From: Daphnia carinata | Taxonomy: Eukaryota | Direction: 5' to 3' | Assembly (NCBI RefSeq): GCF_022539665.2 | Contig: NC_081333.1 | Location: 5,332,001-5,396,000 of the forward strand | Length of the DNA: 64,000 nt | In this document: one piece after another, positions 25,553 to 37,518 of the stretch | Numbering within the stretch: the stretch's first letter is position 1 | How the letters are laid out: every line of letters starts with the position of its first letter | Program-made: the position numbers and the translations under genes | The notes under the pieces: generated by a model | The model's database searches: none | Told to the model about the DNA's origin: nothing | What the model saw: the letters and a program-made list of their open reading frames with translations, nothing else

Positions 25553-26422
25553 CCCAGACAACAATTGTAAGCCAGAAGACATCCTAAATCCGCCCCACTA
25601 GGACAACCAGGACGGGACTGATATAGGCGCGCTAATAGATGTGCTTCAGCCACCGTTGTTGTCTAGGAAAGTCACAACATCTTTTTCTGACATCTTTAGT
25701 CCCACATTTGGTCAAATCCTGTGTTGCCAATTTTGACATACATGAAATTCAACGTAGAATGTTCAATTTTATTCTTTGCAACTCAAATAGTAAGTAAATT
25801 GATATGTAAATTCCATGAAATGAGGAAGTTAGAAAAATATATTTTATTTAGCATAAAAAATGCTCAAAACAAGCATTAGTTATGATAGAACTTTTATCTC
25901 AAATAATTCATTTTCTTAAAATATTTACAAATCATAATTAAGTTTCAAAATCTAAAAAAATTTTGCCTAATTTGTATAATTACTTTTGAAGGATCGAGGG
26001 TCTAACTTAATTTCGACTTTAACTTTATGTTTAAAATTTTTTTTTGTGGCCTGTTGTCGAAAAAAAACTTAAGTATTTTTTTATGTTTCTATTGTATTGC
26101 TTGAATATTGTGACATTTATAAGTATGTCCAGTGGAAAGAGCGGGCGAAAGTGATGCGGAAGACCTGAGTTCGATACCAGCCACAGACACATCTTTTAAA
26201 ATGATATCATTAAGCGGTCCAAAAGTGGTCCAGTTCACCGCCTAAACTCGTTGTGGACGACTGGTTAAAGACGCACACGGGCAGCGTTTCTGCCGGACAT
26301 CTAGATGTGCAGAAGGCAGCAAAAACACGTCAACTAAGAATTTCAACGCGTCTTATGTACGTCCTAGTGGTCCAGTGAGGACCGAAAATGGTTGTCTAAA
26401 GGGCAGCAGTGTGCTGTGTGGG
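25553..26422. mobile_element. Non-autonomous TIR element, CACTA/EnSpm-like (CCCAG end)
   Basis: Imperfect ~60-bp TIRs (CCCAGACAAC../CCCACACAGC..) with shared CCACTAGGAC; AT-rich interior interrupts gag. Confidence 0.6.
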
Positions 26423-27782
26423 GTGACAAGAATCGAAGAATATTTCGAACGTCGAGCTTCATTTGTTCAATCCTTTAGCTCCAAATCTCCAAGCCTACGA
26501 CACCATACTGGAATAACACAAGTGAACGTTATCACTCCAGCAGAAGCCGATTTAGCCGCCAAAGCAGTTGTAACGCCATACGAGCAGCACCGCGCAGACG
26601 ATGACGCCGTCTCCTCCGTCTCACAGGTTTCTACCCAATCCCAAATTGAACTACGTGTGCGTCTGCTAGAAAAACGAGAGGAACGCCGGCAGCATGAAGA
26701 AGCTCTAAAACAATCACAGCAGAGCGTCTTAGCTCAAACCCGTGAGCTAGCCCAAGCCCAAGCAAAGATCCAGCAGTTGAGCAACGAGTGGCAGACAAAC
26801 CAGCCACGTCAAGAGACCATGGAGCTTGAACGACAACGCCGCTACGAGCGTGAGCAAAAAGCATTGCCTGAAGAACACACAGCGGCAATGGAAAGAATGT
26901 TCGACCGCATCAAACTTTTGGAACAGACGAATAGGCAATCTGTGCTCAACTGGAGCGATCCCACTCCATCACCCGAAAAGACAAGCGCCGCCGTGCTTCC
27001 ACCTGAGAGTCTCCCCTTCAAAACATCAGATGGTCTGCGCCCACCCGAGATGCATAGGCAGAAGCCTGAGAAATGGTACAGTCACATGTCACTAACATCT
27101 AGCAACGACCGAAAGGTAGAGAGCATTCCGGACTTTTCGACGACCGATAAAATGGCCCTATTACGGCACTGCCTCGCTCCCACCGTCCGCAGATTCCTGG
27201 GAGACTGCCTTAACAGACCAGCGCTCTACGAAGAAGCACTGGAGCAACTAGAGCAACTGTTCGGCCATCCTCATGTACTCGCGGACTCGTACATCCGTAC
27301 CATCACTTCCCTTCCTGCCCTGAAAACTTCCCGAGACTACAAGTCTTTGCTAGAATTAAGTTCAACGTTAAGGGGCGCCGCAGCCTCCCTACGCACCATA
27401 AACTGCAGCGCCGCCCTCGGATCATCCGCATTGTTGTCTACCCTCATCGACAAACTTCCAGATGACATCAATGGGCAAGAAAATCGTTAAAGCATATCCA
27501 AAGAGGCTCACCCTCGAAGTCTTTCACTGCTGGCTGCACGATGTAGTCAAAGCTGAAATGGTCGTGAAACACCCGCTCTTTACTTCGGCAAGCAACGATC
27601 GAAAATCAGACAAGGGCCCTGGTCGGACGAAATATACTCACCCTGGCGTTTATACCACGGGGTGCCCGGTTGAAACGAGGGCCACTCTTTCTGAAAAGTT
27701 AGAAAAAACGGTTATGCACAGCGCAGCCGAAAATGCAGCGTCAAAAGGTCCCTGTGCGGTATGAAGGAGACCGCACACCTTA

Positions 27783-28074
27783 GGGCGCATTTTGGCGTCT
27801 ACTTTTAGTTCAACTTTTTTAGTGAACTTGTATTTTTGCGTCAACTGCCCGGTAGATGGTTCAACTAGGCGACCGTTTTGGCGACAACGCCAGTGGGTGG
27901 TTCAACTGAAACAGTTGAGCTTTTTCAACGGTGGTCCAGACCACCGTTGACCTTCAGTTGAATTGCAACTCCTCCCCTTGCTCAACGTTTTCTCAACTCT
28001 TCCGTTTTGGCGTCAACCTTGACGAAAAGTTGAACTAAAAAGGTTCAACAAAAGGTTGACGCCAAAATGCGCCC
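27783..28074. mobile_element. PIF/Harbinger (Tourist-like) MITE, 292 bp
   Basis: TIR GGGCGCATTTTGGCGTC, TTA TSD on both sides, internal TCAAC/GTTGA repeats. Confidence 0.88.
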
Positions 28075-28484
28075 TTAGACAAATGCGATGTATTCATTGC
28101 CATGTCCCTAAACGAGCGAGTGAATGTCGTCCGCGAGATCAAGTGCTGCCTTAGATAGGAAGCCACCGCAAGAACGCTAGGTATCCAGGGACCGAGGAAA
28201 TCATAATGAATCGGCACATTCCACGGAGAGGACCCGTCTTTTCGATCTCGCAAAGTATCGTTTCAAATAACCTCCAACGACCACTCCGCCACATTTGACG
28301 TCCCTTGAGCCTACACCGTTCCATCAATTCGACTCTCACGACATCAGTTCGACTGGCCAACTGTCAAGACAAAATGGCACCATCTGCAAGAGTAAGACCT
28401 TCCAGCTGTCCACCTATCAAAAGTAAGCGTACTGGTTGGTCGTAACGTGCGCGGAGCTCACGACATTCTCAACCAGCGACGTCG

Positions 28485-28957
28485 ATTCCTAGGGTTGGTG
28501 TTCAAGGCTTCTTTGACCGTCGTCAATTGCTCTGTCACGCTTTCTAGCTCCTTCGACAATCCCGTAACTTGCTGCTAATTCTTGTGGACGCTATTTTTTT
28601 GGGTCGAGAACCTTGCTGCTTCCATTTGTCTGCCACAGCCTTCTGCTGAAGTATTTTTTGTTGCAAGTACGCCATTGCAGCCCCTGCCGGTCCGAGGTCG
28701 AGGTCAGTTACGATTGTCCAAGCCGATTCACTGAAGGCGTTGTCTATGTGTTCTTTAAAAATTGTGTTTTCTCTCAGGATAAGAGCAGTGGTCGGCGGGG
28801 GGCTGAACATTGTAAGTAGGAACACCACGAATGGTACCAGACAAGTTAGATACCTTGCCGGTGGTCTCCTATTACGCACAGGCCTTTCAGATTGCTGAGC
28901 GTTGATCTGGATAGATGGTTGTGCCGCGCCGTCAGAGGTCGTTGGTGGTTCGGCCAT
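28485..28957 (-). pseudogene. env: env N-terminus, F-type, truncated
   Basis: Signal YLTCLVPFVVFLLTMFS, then ENTIFKEHIDNAFSESAWTIVTDLDL, similar to EGAVFYPEGTLALGHPEWIVIYDI at 5202+. Confidence 0.75.
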
Positions 28958-28974
28958 TGTGCCTTCGTCGTCTG

Positions 28975-31660
28975 CTACTGTTTGAGGGCTGAATTTTCTT
29001 GTCCTTTTTCAGCGACCTCCTCCGGATCAGTTGGGACTCTTTCTTGCGGTGGTTGCCAGTGATTGGGAGCTTCAAAAAATGGTTTCATGCGAATGACGTG
29101 CACTATATCCGTTTCCCTCGCCCGGTTGCCGATATTACTTCATAATTCACTGGCGTGGTTTTCTTCAAAACTTTGAAGGGTCCTTACCAACGATGCAGGA
29201 GCTTTTCGGATTTTCCCACTTTTCTAAATGGCTTATACACCAACACTAGATCTCCTGGTTGAAAGGATAGTTCGCGATGGCGTGAGTCGTACGTTTCTTT
29301 TTGTTTGCTTTTTACTTCTTGCATTCTGATGTTAACCGTTTCTCTGGCTGCCGATAATTCGGATAGTAGGCGATCAGTATAACTTATTGTGGAGCCACCT
29401 TCCGGCACAAGTGGATTTGGGTAGGCGCCGAGTTCCAGGTCAATCGGCAATTTCGGTTCACGTCCGTATAGTAGAAAAAATGGGGAGTATCCTGTGGACT
29501 CCTGTCTTGCTGTATTGTATGCAAAGCATACATATTGCATTGTCTCGTCCCAATCGCGCTGGTCAGAACTAACGTACATTGAGAGCATTGCTACTAACTT
29601 ATGATTCATTCTTTCCACAGCTCCGTTTGCCTGAGGATGATAACTGGACGTTGTCTTGTGATTGGTGTGTAGTTTTTTAACGACTGTTTGAGTTAACTCC
29701 GCGACAAAACATTTTCCTCGGTCGGTGATGATTCGTTCTGGCGCTCCATGGCGTAAAAAAACTTGATTAACGAAGAATTCGGCGACATCCTCTGCTTTTC
29801 CGGTTGGCATAGCTTTCAGCTCAACCCATTTAGTCAGGTAATCCACTGCCACAATTATCATTTTGTTACCCTTGTGAGACAGCGGGAATGGTCCTAGCAA
29901 GTCGATGCCTACTTTTTCGAAAGGTCTTTCCACCTTGATGCATTGTAGGAATCCCGGAGGTCTATCCGGTACTCCCTTCCTGCCTTGACAGCTCACGCAG
30001 CCCTGGACGTAACGCGTTATGTCAAGGGTCATCTTCGACCAGAAGAATCGACTGCAAATTTTTTGTAATTTTTTGTGAGCGACTGAGCCTTCGTCTCCGG
30101 CGATAAAAATGCTCGACTCCTCTGGGCCAATGGCTGCTACTAGGAAACATCGGTCATCTTCCATTTTTTCTGCTTCCTGAAGTGGGTTTCGGGAGAGGCA
30201 ATCAGCGTTGTCGTGCGAATTCCCACTACGATACACGATAGTTATATCGTATTCCTGAAGGGAAAGGCTCCAGCGTGCCAGCCATCCTGCGAGGCCTCGC
30301 CTACTCATCAGCCAACACAGTGGTTGATGATCAGTTACCACTTTCACTTGACATCCCCATACAAAACATCGAAACTTGGTAAGGCACCACACTAAAGCGA
30401 GACACTCTTTCTCTGTAATTGAATAGTTTGTTTCTGACTTTGATAGTAGACGGCTAGCGCATGCTACTGGTCTTTCGATTCCCTCGACGCGCTGAGCCAG
30501 TACACCTCCAATGCCGTAACCGCATGCGTCTGGTATAATTTCCATTGGTAGATCGTAGTTTGTATGGGCAAGCACCGGAGCTGACGTAAGCGCCTCTTTC
30601 AGATCGTTAAAACTTTTAGCCTAATCCATTCCCCAAATGAAAGGAGTTTCTTTCTTAGTTAACGACGTGAGTGGGCGTGCGATGGCCGCGAAATGCTGGA
30701 TGTGACGTCGATAATAAGAACATAATCCCAGGAAGCTTTGCACTCGTTTAACTTTGTTTGCCATCGAATGACCTAATGCTGGTGATGGAAAGTTCCTGAC
30801 CGCTTCCAACTTTTCGGGGTCTGGACCCACCCCTTCCTTGTTGACAACGTGCCCTAACACTTTTAAGGTATTCTCAGCAAACGAACACTTTGACCACTTT
30901 AGTTTTAATCCCGCTTTTCCAAGGCAATCCAGCACTAAACGGAGTCACTCCAAGTGTTGTTCAAACGTTGCTGAGTAGACGATGACGTCATCCAGGTAGA
31001 CCAAACACGTTGTCCATCGTAGTCCGGCCAAAATAATATCCATTGCCCGCTGAAATATGCCAGGAGCATCCGTTAATCCAAACGGGAGGGCACGGAACTG
31101 ATATAGCCCATCCGCAGTTATGAAGTCTGTTTTGGGTCTATCCTCGCTGGCGACTGGGACCTGATGGTATCCGGCTTGAAGATCCATACTGGAAAAAATG
31201 GTTGCTCCTTTCAGGCGGCTCAAAGTGTCGGCCATGCGCGGTAGAGGGTAAGAATCTTTGACGGTCACCGCATTAAATCTTCCGCTATTTCTACCGGTGG
31301 AAGAGAAATGGCTGCGAGCGGTAGATCGCCCATGGTGAGAAGATGTTTCTCCGTCTGGTAGTTAATTTGTATAGATCCAAATTGCTTGAGAAAATCATTT
31401 TTCATTAGAAGTTGCATTCCCGACATGATTATCGCTTGATTATCGCTTTTCCCTTTACAGATCTATTCTTGTGGGTCACTAAAATTTCTGCTGCTCCCTG
31501 AGGCATTACACGTGAACCGTTTGCCAAAATAATCCCTGAGCCATTCCACGGCTGTTGCACGAACTGAGTTTTCTTCAGTAGCTCCGGCGAGATGACTGTA
31601 ACTGCAGCACCCGCATCAATCACTGCTGTGGTACTCATTTGCCCGCAGAGGACAGGTTCT
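28975..31660 (-). pseudogene. pol: Gypsy pol with deletions
   Basis: VIDAGA, DLQAGYHQ, LPFGL, YLDD, PDACGYG, GIDLLGPFP, ITDRG, NGAVER. Confidence 0.92.
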
Positions 31661-32640
31661 TTGATTAAGTTGGTTCCATCAAAGTTTAACAGGTATTTTT
31701 CTTCCGGTACATTAGGAGCTTGAGTCGTCAGATTTAATGCCATGTTTCCTGTTGGAGTTGCCCCTGGTGTTGCCTCTCGTGACGGAGCCTTGTAATTTGG
31801 AGATTCTGGATTTTGAAAAAAGTACCGGGCGATGTGTCTGGCCTTCTTGCAATAGAAACAAGTCGGTATCCCGTCTGTAGTGCGTCCTCTCGGCTTGTAT
31901 GGTCTTTTTCCTTGATCGTTTCTCTCATTTGCCATTAACTTTTCACAGGTGTCCTGAATTAATTCATGCATCGACTTCATAAACTCTGCCTGCTGTTCCG
32001 GATAGACTACGTTAAAGTTTGGTAGTTGCTCCTGAGGCTTCTGTGGTTCAACTGACGCCTCCATCCTCTTGCTTCCGCCATGACTGATGCTTCAGTATAC
32101 GATTTTGCCAGCGATAAAAATTCTTCACATGTTTTTGGTTTCAACGGATAAACTTTTTTAAGAAGCGCTGGTTGAAGGCCCCGAAACAGGTGCTCCAATC
32201 GGTGAGCTTCTGACATATTTGGGTCGACCAATCGACAAAGGTTGAGGATTTCGTAGTAGTTCCTAATGGCTGGTTCATCCACTCCCGGCGTTCTACTTTT
32301 GAGTCTGGTCTCCTGGAAGAGGCCGTAGTTATCTGGCTGAAATTCCTTTAAGAACATTGAACGTAGTCCAGATGTTGGAGGGATGGCCTGATCTCCTCCG
32401 GCAGCCGGTTGTATTGTAGTGTCTTGCCATCATCTTGAGATGGGATCTTCAAATTTTTTGGCTTTGTCAACAACGGGAATTTCCCTCTTCAACGATGGAT
32501 TTGGGGAAGGCGAAGTATCTTCCGAAACGCTTGACAGCTCTTGAAGCGGATGTAATCGTCGGCTGGGATCTCTTGGGCAACTGGGTAGCCGTGGATTTTT
32601 CTTCTTCTGCATCGGCTAAATGCAGCACACACACTTCGTC
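31660..32640 (-). pseudogene. gag: Gypsy gag remnant
   Basis: YYEILNLCRLVDPNM..LEHLFRGL; decayed knuckle CFYCKKARHIARYF. Confidence 0.85.
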
Positions 32641-32983
32641 ACTCACAAGTAACGTGCTACGTCTCACCAATTGCCACTTAACCACAAAAAATTTCGCTAC
32701 TCACGGGTAACGGACTACGACTTGGCAATTTCCAAAAACGTCGCTACTCACGGGTAGCGAATTACGACTCAACGATTGCCACTTAACCCCAAAAAAACTT
32801 CGTTACTCACGGGTAACGAACTACCATTTACTCGAACTACGAAATACTCCCCTTCCAGCTGACGTATCCGCGTATCTTCCTAACTACTGGTTCTTTTACT
32901 GATTTTCTTTCCCACGGCCCTAGCTACAGGAGCGGGTGATTCATCTCTGTGAAGAGATAACTACACCCCCTTTTTACGCGCGT

Positions 32984-33557
32984 AGGAGATGGGACACGGA
33001 ATGGGGAAAGCTGCCATGACAGATTTCGGCACACCATCTAGCGGCTAATTCCATCCCTTTCTCATTAGCAGACGAATTCCCTGCAAGCAAGCACTGTTAC
33101 AGGCGGCTGATTTGAAATGGTCACGGAGAGTTAGACAATACGCCAGTTAATAACACAAAAGAAAGTTTCATGACTAAAAGTAAATTGTAACTACTATTGT
33201 AAAAACTTGCAAACTGAGGCTGGTATTTTGCAGGATAAAATTTGATAATTAGCTAACAAGTTCCCTGGAGACCATTCAATGGAAACTGGAATGGAAAGTA
33301 TTTGTAAGCCAAAAATTTCAGAAAATCGACCCCTTTTGATTCTTCGAGTTTTCAACGCCCTCCGAGTCACAGAACTTTCGTTGTGTGTTTTTATCTGGCG
33401 AAATGTCCGACTTTCCTTTCCCATATTCAAATTAGCCGCCTGTCACATTGGTTCCTTGCAGGGAATTCGTCTGCTAATGATGAATGGAGGGAATTAGCCG
33501 CTAGATGCTGCCCCAAAGGTGTCATGGCGGCTTTAACACGGTCGTGTCCCATCTCCT
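32984..33557. mobile_element. Unclassified MITE with ~135-bp imperfect TIRs
   Basis: AGGAGATGGGACACG...CGTGTCCCATCTCCT; inverted TCATTAGCAGACGAATTCCCTGCAAG and CATCTAGCGGCTAATTCC blocks. TSD unclear. Confidence 0.8.
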
Positions 33558-33759
33558 TATCTCTGCCCGCGACAATATCTATGCGTAATATTCTAGAGGA
33601 GGAAGGGTGCACACTTACGAATAATTCTCGATCATGTAAGAACTCAACGTCAAGCAACGTAATCGCGTAAAAAAATCAGAAATAAGGTCATTACATTAAT
33701 GAGTTTAGGTATTTGCATACATAGCAGGGAAGCTCACTCCCACGGATCGCTGCTATGGC

Positions 33760-34465
33760 CAAAGTTTTCTCTTCTTCTAGCACGTTATCCCATGCTGGGA
33801 TGAACCCTCGGTAACTCGGAGGCAGAGTGCATATGATCTTAGTAATTAGTTACGCTTCAGACACTGGTTGTCCCATACTGCTGAGCTGTTGAGCGAGATT
33901 CTCAATTGATGAAATATGGCTCATGTCATCATGACCTGCTTGAAATTTGTAGTGGTAAAATCTTTGTATTACCACATACTTGTTTTCAGCTGCGTTCTTC
34001 AGGTGTTGGGATGTTAATCTGACCCAAATTTCATTTGCAGTCTTACACCGAAGGAGAGTGTTCTGCAGGTTTGGATCGATGGTCGATAGAAGTAGCCGAC
34101 GTGCCACTACATCCTTTTTCTTCCACTTGCTGATCTCTGGGCCATTAGTTAATACAAGTTGGCCTGCTTCAGGGTCATCGGCATTTGTTATGAGTCGTAG
34201 TATCTTGAACAAACGAACAAAGAAAAAAAAAGGAACATAGGTCAGCTTGACCTGATAAGAATCATTTCTCTAACGATAAATCTTACCGTTGTTTGATAGT
34301 GTGAATATGTCTTACCTCATCTGGGATACGGCTTGATCTATCAACTATGGATAGCACATCGTATTCTTCCAGTGAGACAAATAGACCAAGTTTCCAAAGT
34401 GGAAAATTAGTTCCATTGAACTTAATGATGTGGCTCACGTCTCTTGATCCTGAGCAGTTAATTTT
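33760..34465 (-). pseudogene. gag: Copia gag with a phase-0 intron at 34204-34315
   Basis: Exon 1 RDVSHIIKFNGTNFPLWKLGL..RIPDE; exon 2 ILRL..WKKKDVVARRLLL..TANEIWVRL..TLPPSYRGF. The start codon is decayed. Confidence 0.85.
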
Positions 34466-34494
34466 TTTTCTTTAACGTGGCAGTTTCGAGGGAT

Positions 34495-34508
34495 CTGGGC
34501 CCATAACC
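34495..34508 (-). promoter_or_regulatory. Copia PBS
   Basis: GGTTATGGGCCCAG. Confidence 0.85.
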
Positions 34509-34777
34509 TGGTGTAAAAAAATGAATAAGTCGTCACGTGTTTCACTTTCTTCTTTGATACAGTTGTACTTGGATAGACTTAGAAGAACAAGGGTTCAATT
34601 CTTAGAGTGATCAAAAATTAAAGTGAGGTAGAACTTCTAGGCCCCCTTTCTTCTAGGTAGGGGTTAAACAGCAACTTCTCTTCTAACAGACAAAAATGGG
34701 TTCTGACACCCGAAGGGTTTGGCAATCTGTAAATATGTGAGTATGTTAGAGTATTGATTGTTTGCATAAACTTAACA
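34509..34777 (-). repeat. Copia LTR (269 bp)
   Basis: Minus strand TGTTAAG...ACACCA, preceded by PPT TTGAGAGGGAA. Confidence 0.85.
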
Positions 34778-34805
34778 TTCCCTCTCAACCAAGTAATCCT
34801 TTAAC

Positions 34806-36570
34806 TTAGATGGTAATGTTGAAAATTCCAAGTTGATTGCCTAGGCTTCTAAATAGAGAGCCAGGCAGTGGTTTAGTGAAAATATCTGCGACTTGCTTTT
34901 TAGTATCAATGTAGGCAATGTGGATTTTTCTTAATTCGACTTGGTCACGAATAAAGTGATGTCGGATGTCGATATGCTTTTTTCTTGAATGGAATACAGG
35001 ATTCCGTATCAGTTGAATTGTGCTTTGATTATCACAGTAGAGCGATATTGGATCTAGGTTTGCCAAGTTGATGTGTTGTAGCTGGTGTTGGAGCCACACT
35101 GCCTCTCTGGTAGTTTCGCTTGCTGCTACATACTCGGCTTCAGTGGTGGATAGGGTGGTGGAGGTCTGGCGCTTACTACTCCATGCTACTGGGACTCCAT
35201 TAAAAAAAGTACCCCTTTGTGGAGCGTCGACGGTCAAGATCCCTTCCATAGTCAGCATCCCTGTATCCTTTGAGTGGTTGATAGTTCGCACTGAAATGCA
35301 GACCGTGTCGGCGTGTGCCCGAAAGATAGGCAAGTATCCGTTTGACGGCTTCCCAGTGTGCTGGCCCTGGGTGGTGGCCCTGGGAAAATCCATCTGCACT
35401 TGATTGCTTTACGAGCCGGTGGAAGTGGTAATGTCCCAAGTGTCGCTTTTGTTTAGTGAATTGTATTCGTCAAGAATTGCTGGTTGCCACTTGTATGCCT
35501 CATCGCATAGCATTGCTTCTTTAAAATGTTATGGCTCCAGGGTCTCCAGTGCATCAATAGCTTTCATGCTTACCCAAACTTTAGGTTTGCGATCACGAAG
35601 TGGATATCGTCGGTTCTCACATGTGGGTAGACATTCAGGGTTTGAGTGAGTCTCGTCTTCGATATTGCGATCGACAGTTAGTTGTTCAGTTGGTTCGTTA
35701 TTTACAATTTCACTGGCACCTGACGGTGGCTGTGGAATTGCACTGGATTGCACTGTCGTTGAAGGTAATTTCACTGTTTGTTGCTCCTTTTCAACCATGC
35801 TTTTAGTTTGGTTGAGCTCATCGAAAATAATATTGCGGACAATTTGTACGGCTTGTGACTCTGGAATCAAAACTTGGTAACCCTTTCAGGTCACAGAGTA
35901 ACCGAGAAACACGACTTCACGTCCTTTTGAATCAGGCTTCCGTCTGTTTGCATCTGGTACTAGTATTAATGCTTTTGAACCAAAAATGCGAAGATAATAC
36001 ATGTTTGGTTTACCTCCAGTCCACATTTCATATGGCGTGACTTTGCACGTGCTGGATAGGGTCCGGATTAGCGCATAGACTGCAAATGCTACAGCTTCTG
36101 CACATAGACGGACTGGTAGATTCTTTGCATGTAGCGAACTTCGTGCTGGTTCCATCACCGTTCGGTTCTCTCTTTCTGCGACACCATTCTGCTCAGGGCA
36201 GTAAGGGACACTCGTTTCATGGCGGATACCCTTCGACAAAAGCCAATTTTTCAGTTCCAGACTTTTGTACTCTCCGCCGTTGTCTGACCGAAGGGTTCGA
36301 ACAGTTTTCCCTGTTTCGGTATGCAGCCTAGCAATGTAGAGTTTAAACTGGTCAGCAACTTCAGACATGTTTTTAAGAAAAATTACTACTCGCCAGCCAC
36401 TGCAGTTGTCTTTAAAGAGGACGTAGTATCGAGCACCACTGGGTGATGCCTCGTGCATTGGACCACATATATCAGAATAAATAAGCTCTCCCACTTGTTT
36501 TGCTCTTACTCGTCCGATATGGAATGGAAAGCGGTGCATTTTTCCGTACACACATCCTGTACAGATAGAG
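34806..36570 (-). pseudogene. pol: Copia integrase plus RT tail and RNase H; most of RT deleted
   Basis: YSDICGP, RSDNGGEY, QNGVAER; STTEAEY, CDNQST, KHIDIRHHF, ADIFTK. Confidence 0.92.
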
Positions 36571-37518
36571 CTTGAAGTACCTTGGTCTGGAATTCTGGAT
36601 TGTGGAAAATAAATGAAATTTAGTGCTTGAAATCATACTGTAAAGTGTACTTAAAAACACGTTCACAATTTTTTCATTCAAATTGGTTGAGTAGTTTAGT
36701 CATAAACACCTTTTTGGAAAATATAAAAATTAAACGAAAAAAAAATTAAGGGCGAAAAACCGGACATCCGCTGTACCACATTAGACATGGTCTTTAAAAT
36801 TTGCTGCATTGAAGATACACGTTTCGAAAAAATAGTGTGACGTTCGGATTTCATTAAGCGATTTATGTATGTATTAAAAATATCATAAACGGAATTTAAT
36901 TTAATCGAAATTTGTCAATGATTGACGGGGGGTGTGGAATAGGCAAAGTAGCTTGAAAAAAATGAAAATAGGAGGGGCTTGTTAAGTATCAAGTATTTAT
37001 TTACTATCGATTACCATTATCAGAAGGAGATAGCAAACAACCCTTTGAAACTTTCAGCTTTCAGCCTTTGTTTAGGATTCTCTTTCGTAACTAAGCAACC
37101 CAAGCCCCACCCCAAAATATCGTTTGCGTCTGATATCACCCCCAAAACTGCCCAGTATCTCCCAACGGAAGATCATTTGTTAAAACGTTTATAAATTTTA
37201 ATCACTTGTCCTAGAAATGAAAACAAACCGGGGAATTTAAAAGGGAAGAAATAGCTTTTTTTATTATTACCAAAACTGGTTCATGGTGGTTTTCGAGCGA
37301 TATGAAAAATTGTAGAAGCCAAAAAAATGAAAAAGTAGCTGTTTTTAATTTTTGTGATAACTTTACGAATACTTTTAGTATATTTTTTAAGATTAAGGCC
37401 TAAGTGTGGAATAGAATTTCCCGTCACACAGTATTTTTAAAATTTTATTTCATAAATACCCTACCGAGTTATTGCGGCTGTCCAATCTGATACGTGTCCA
37501 GTTTGGTCCGCTCTCCCC
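36571..37518. mobile_element. One end of a TA-TSD TIR element (copy of part of 61489-62723)
   Basis: Ends GTCCAGTTTGGTCCGCTCTCCCC-TA. Confidence 0.65.

Larger units (their letters stand above)
25157..28200 (+). pseudogene. gag: Bel/Pao gag, interrupted
   Basis: ORFs 25157..25570, 26375..27490 and 27462..27764. The knuckle CAV*RRPHT|LDKC rejoins across the MITE. Confidence 0.8.
24715..28480 (+). mobile_element. Second Bel/Pao family, 5' part only (LTR, PBS, gag, PR remnant), with two DNA-transposon insertions
   Basis: LTR TGTTAA...GCAACA, PBS, DUF1759-like gag DKMALLRHCL..YEEALEQLEQLFGHPH, knuckle remnants, KWHHL..LP..VSVLVG. Confidence 0.85.
28485..32980 (-). mobile_element. Ty3/Gypsy element with env, internally deleted, LTRs not seen; related to the element at 1-7574
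   Basis: gag-PR-RT-RH-IN-env order with motifs homologous to the first Gypsy. Confidence 0.92.
33750..36570 (-). mobile_element. Ty1/Copia in permuted arrangement: IN-RH-PPT-LTR-PBS-gag
   Basis: One LTR flanked by a PPT upstream and a PBS downstream. Confidence 0.9.

Noticed and set aside
26125..26192. Functional tRNA gene
   Set aside because: No acceptor stem or clean anticodon arm.
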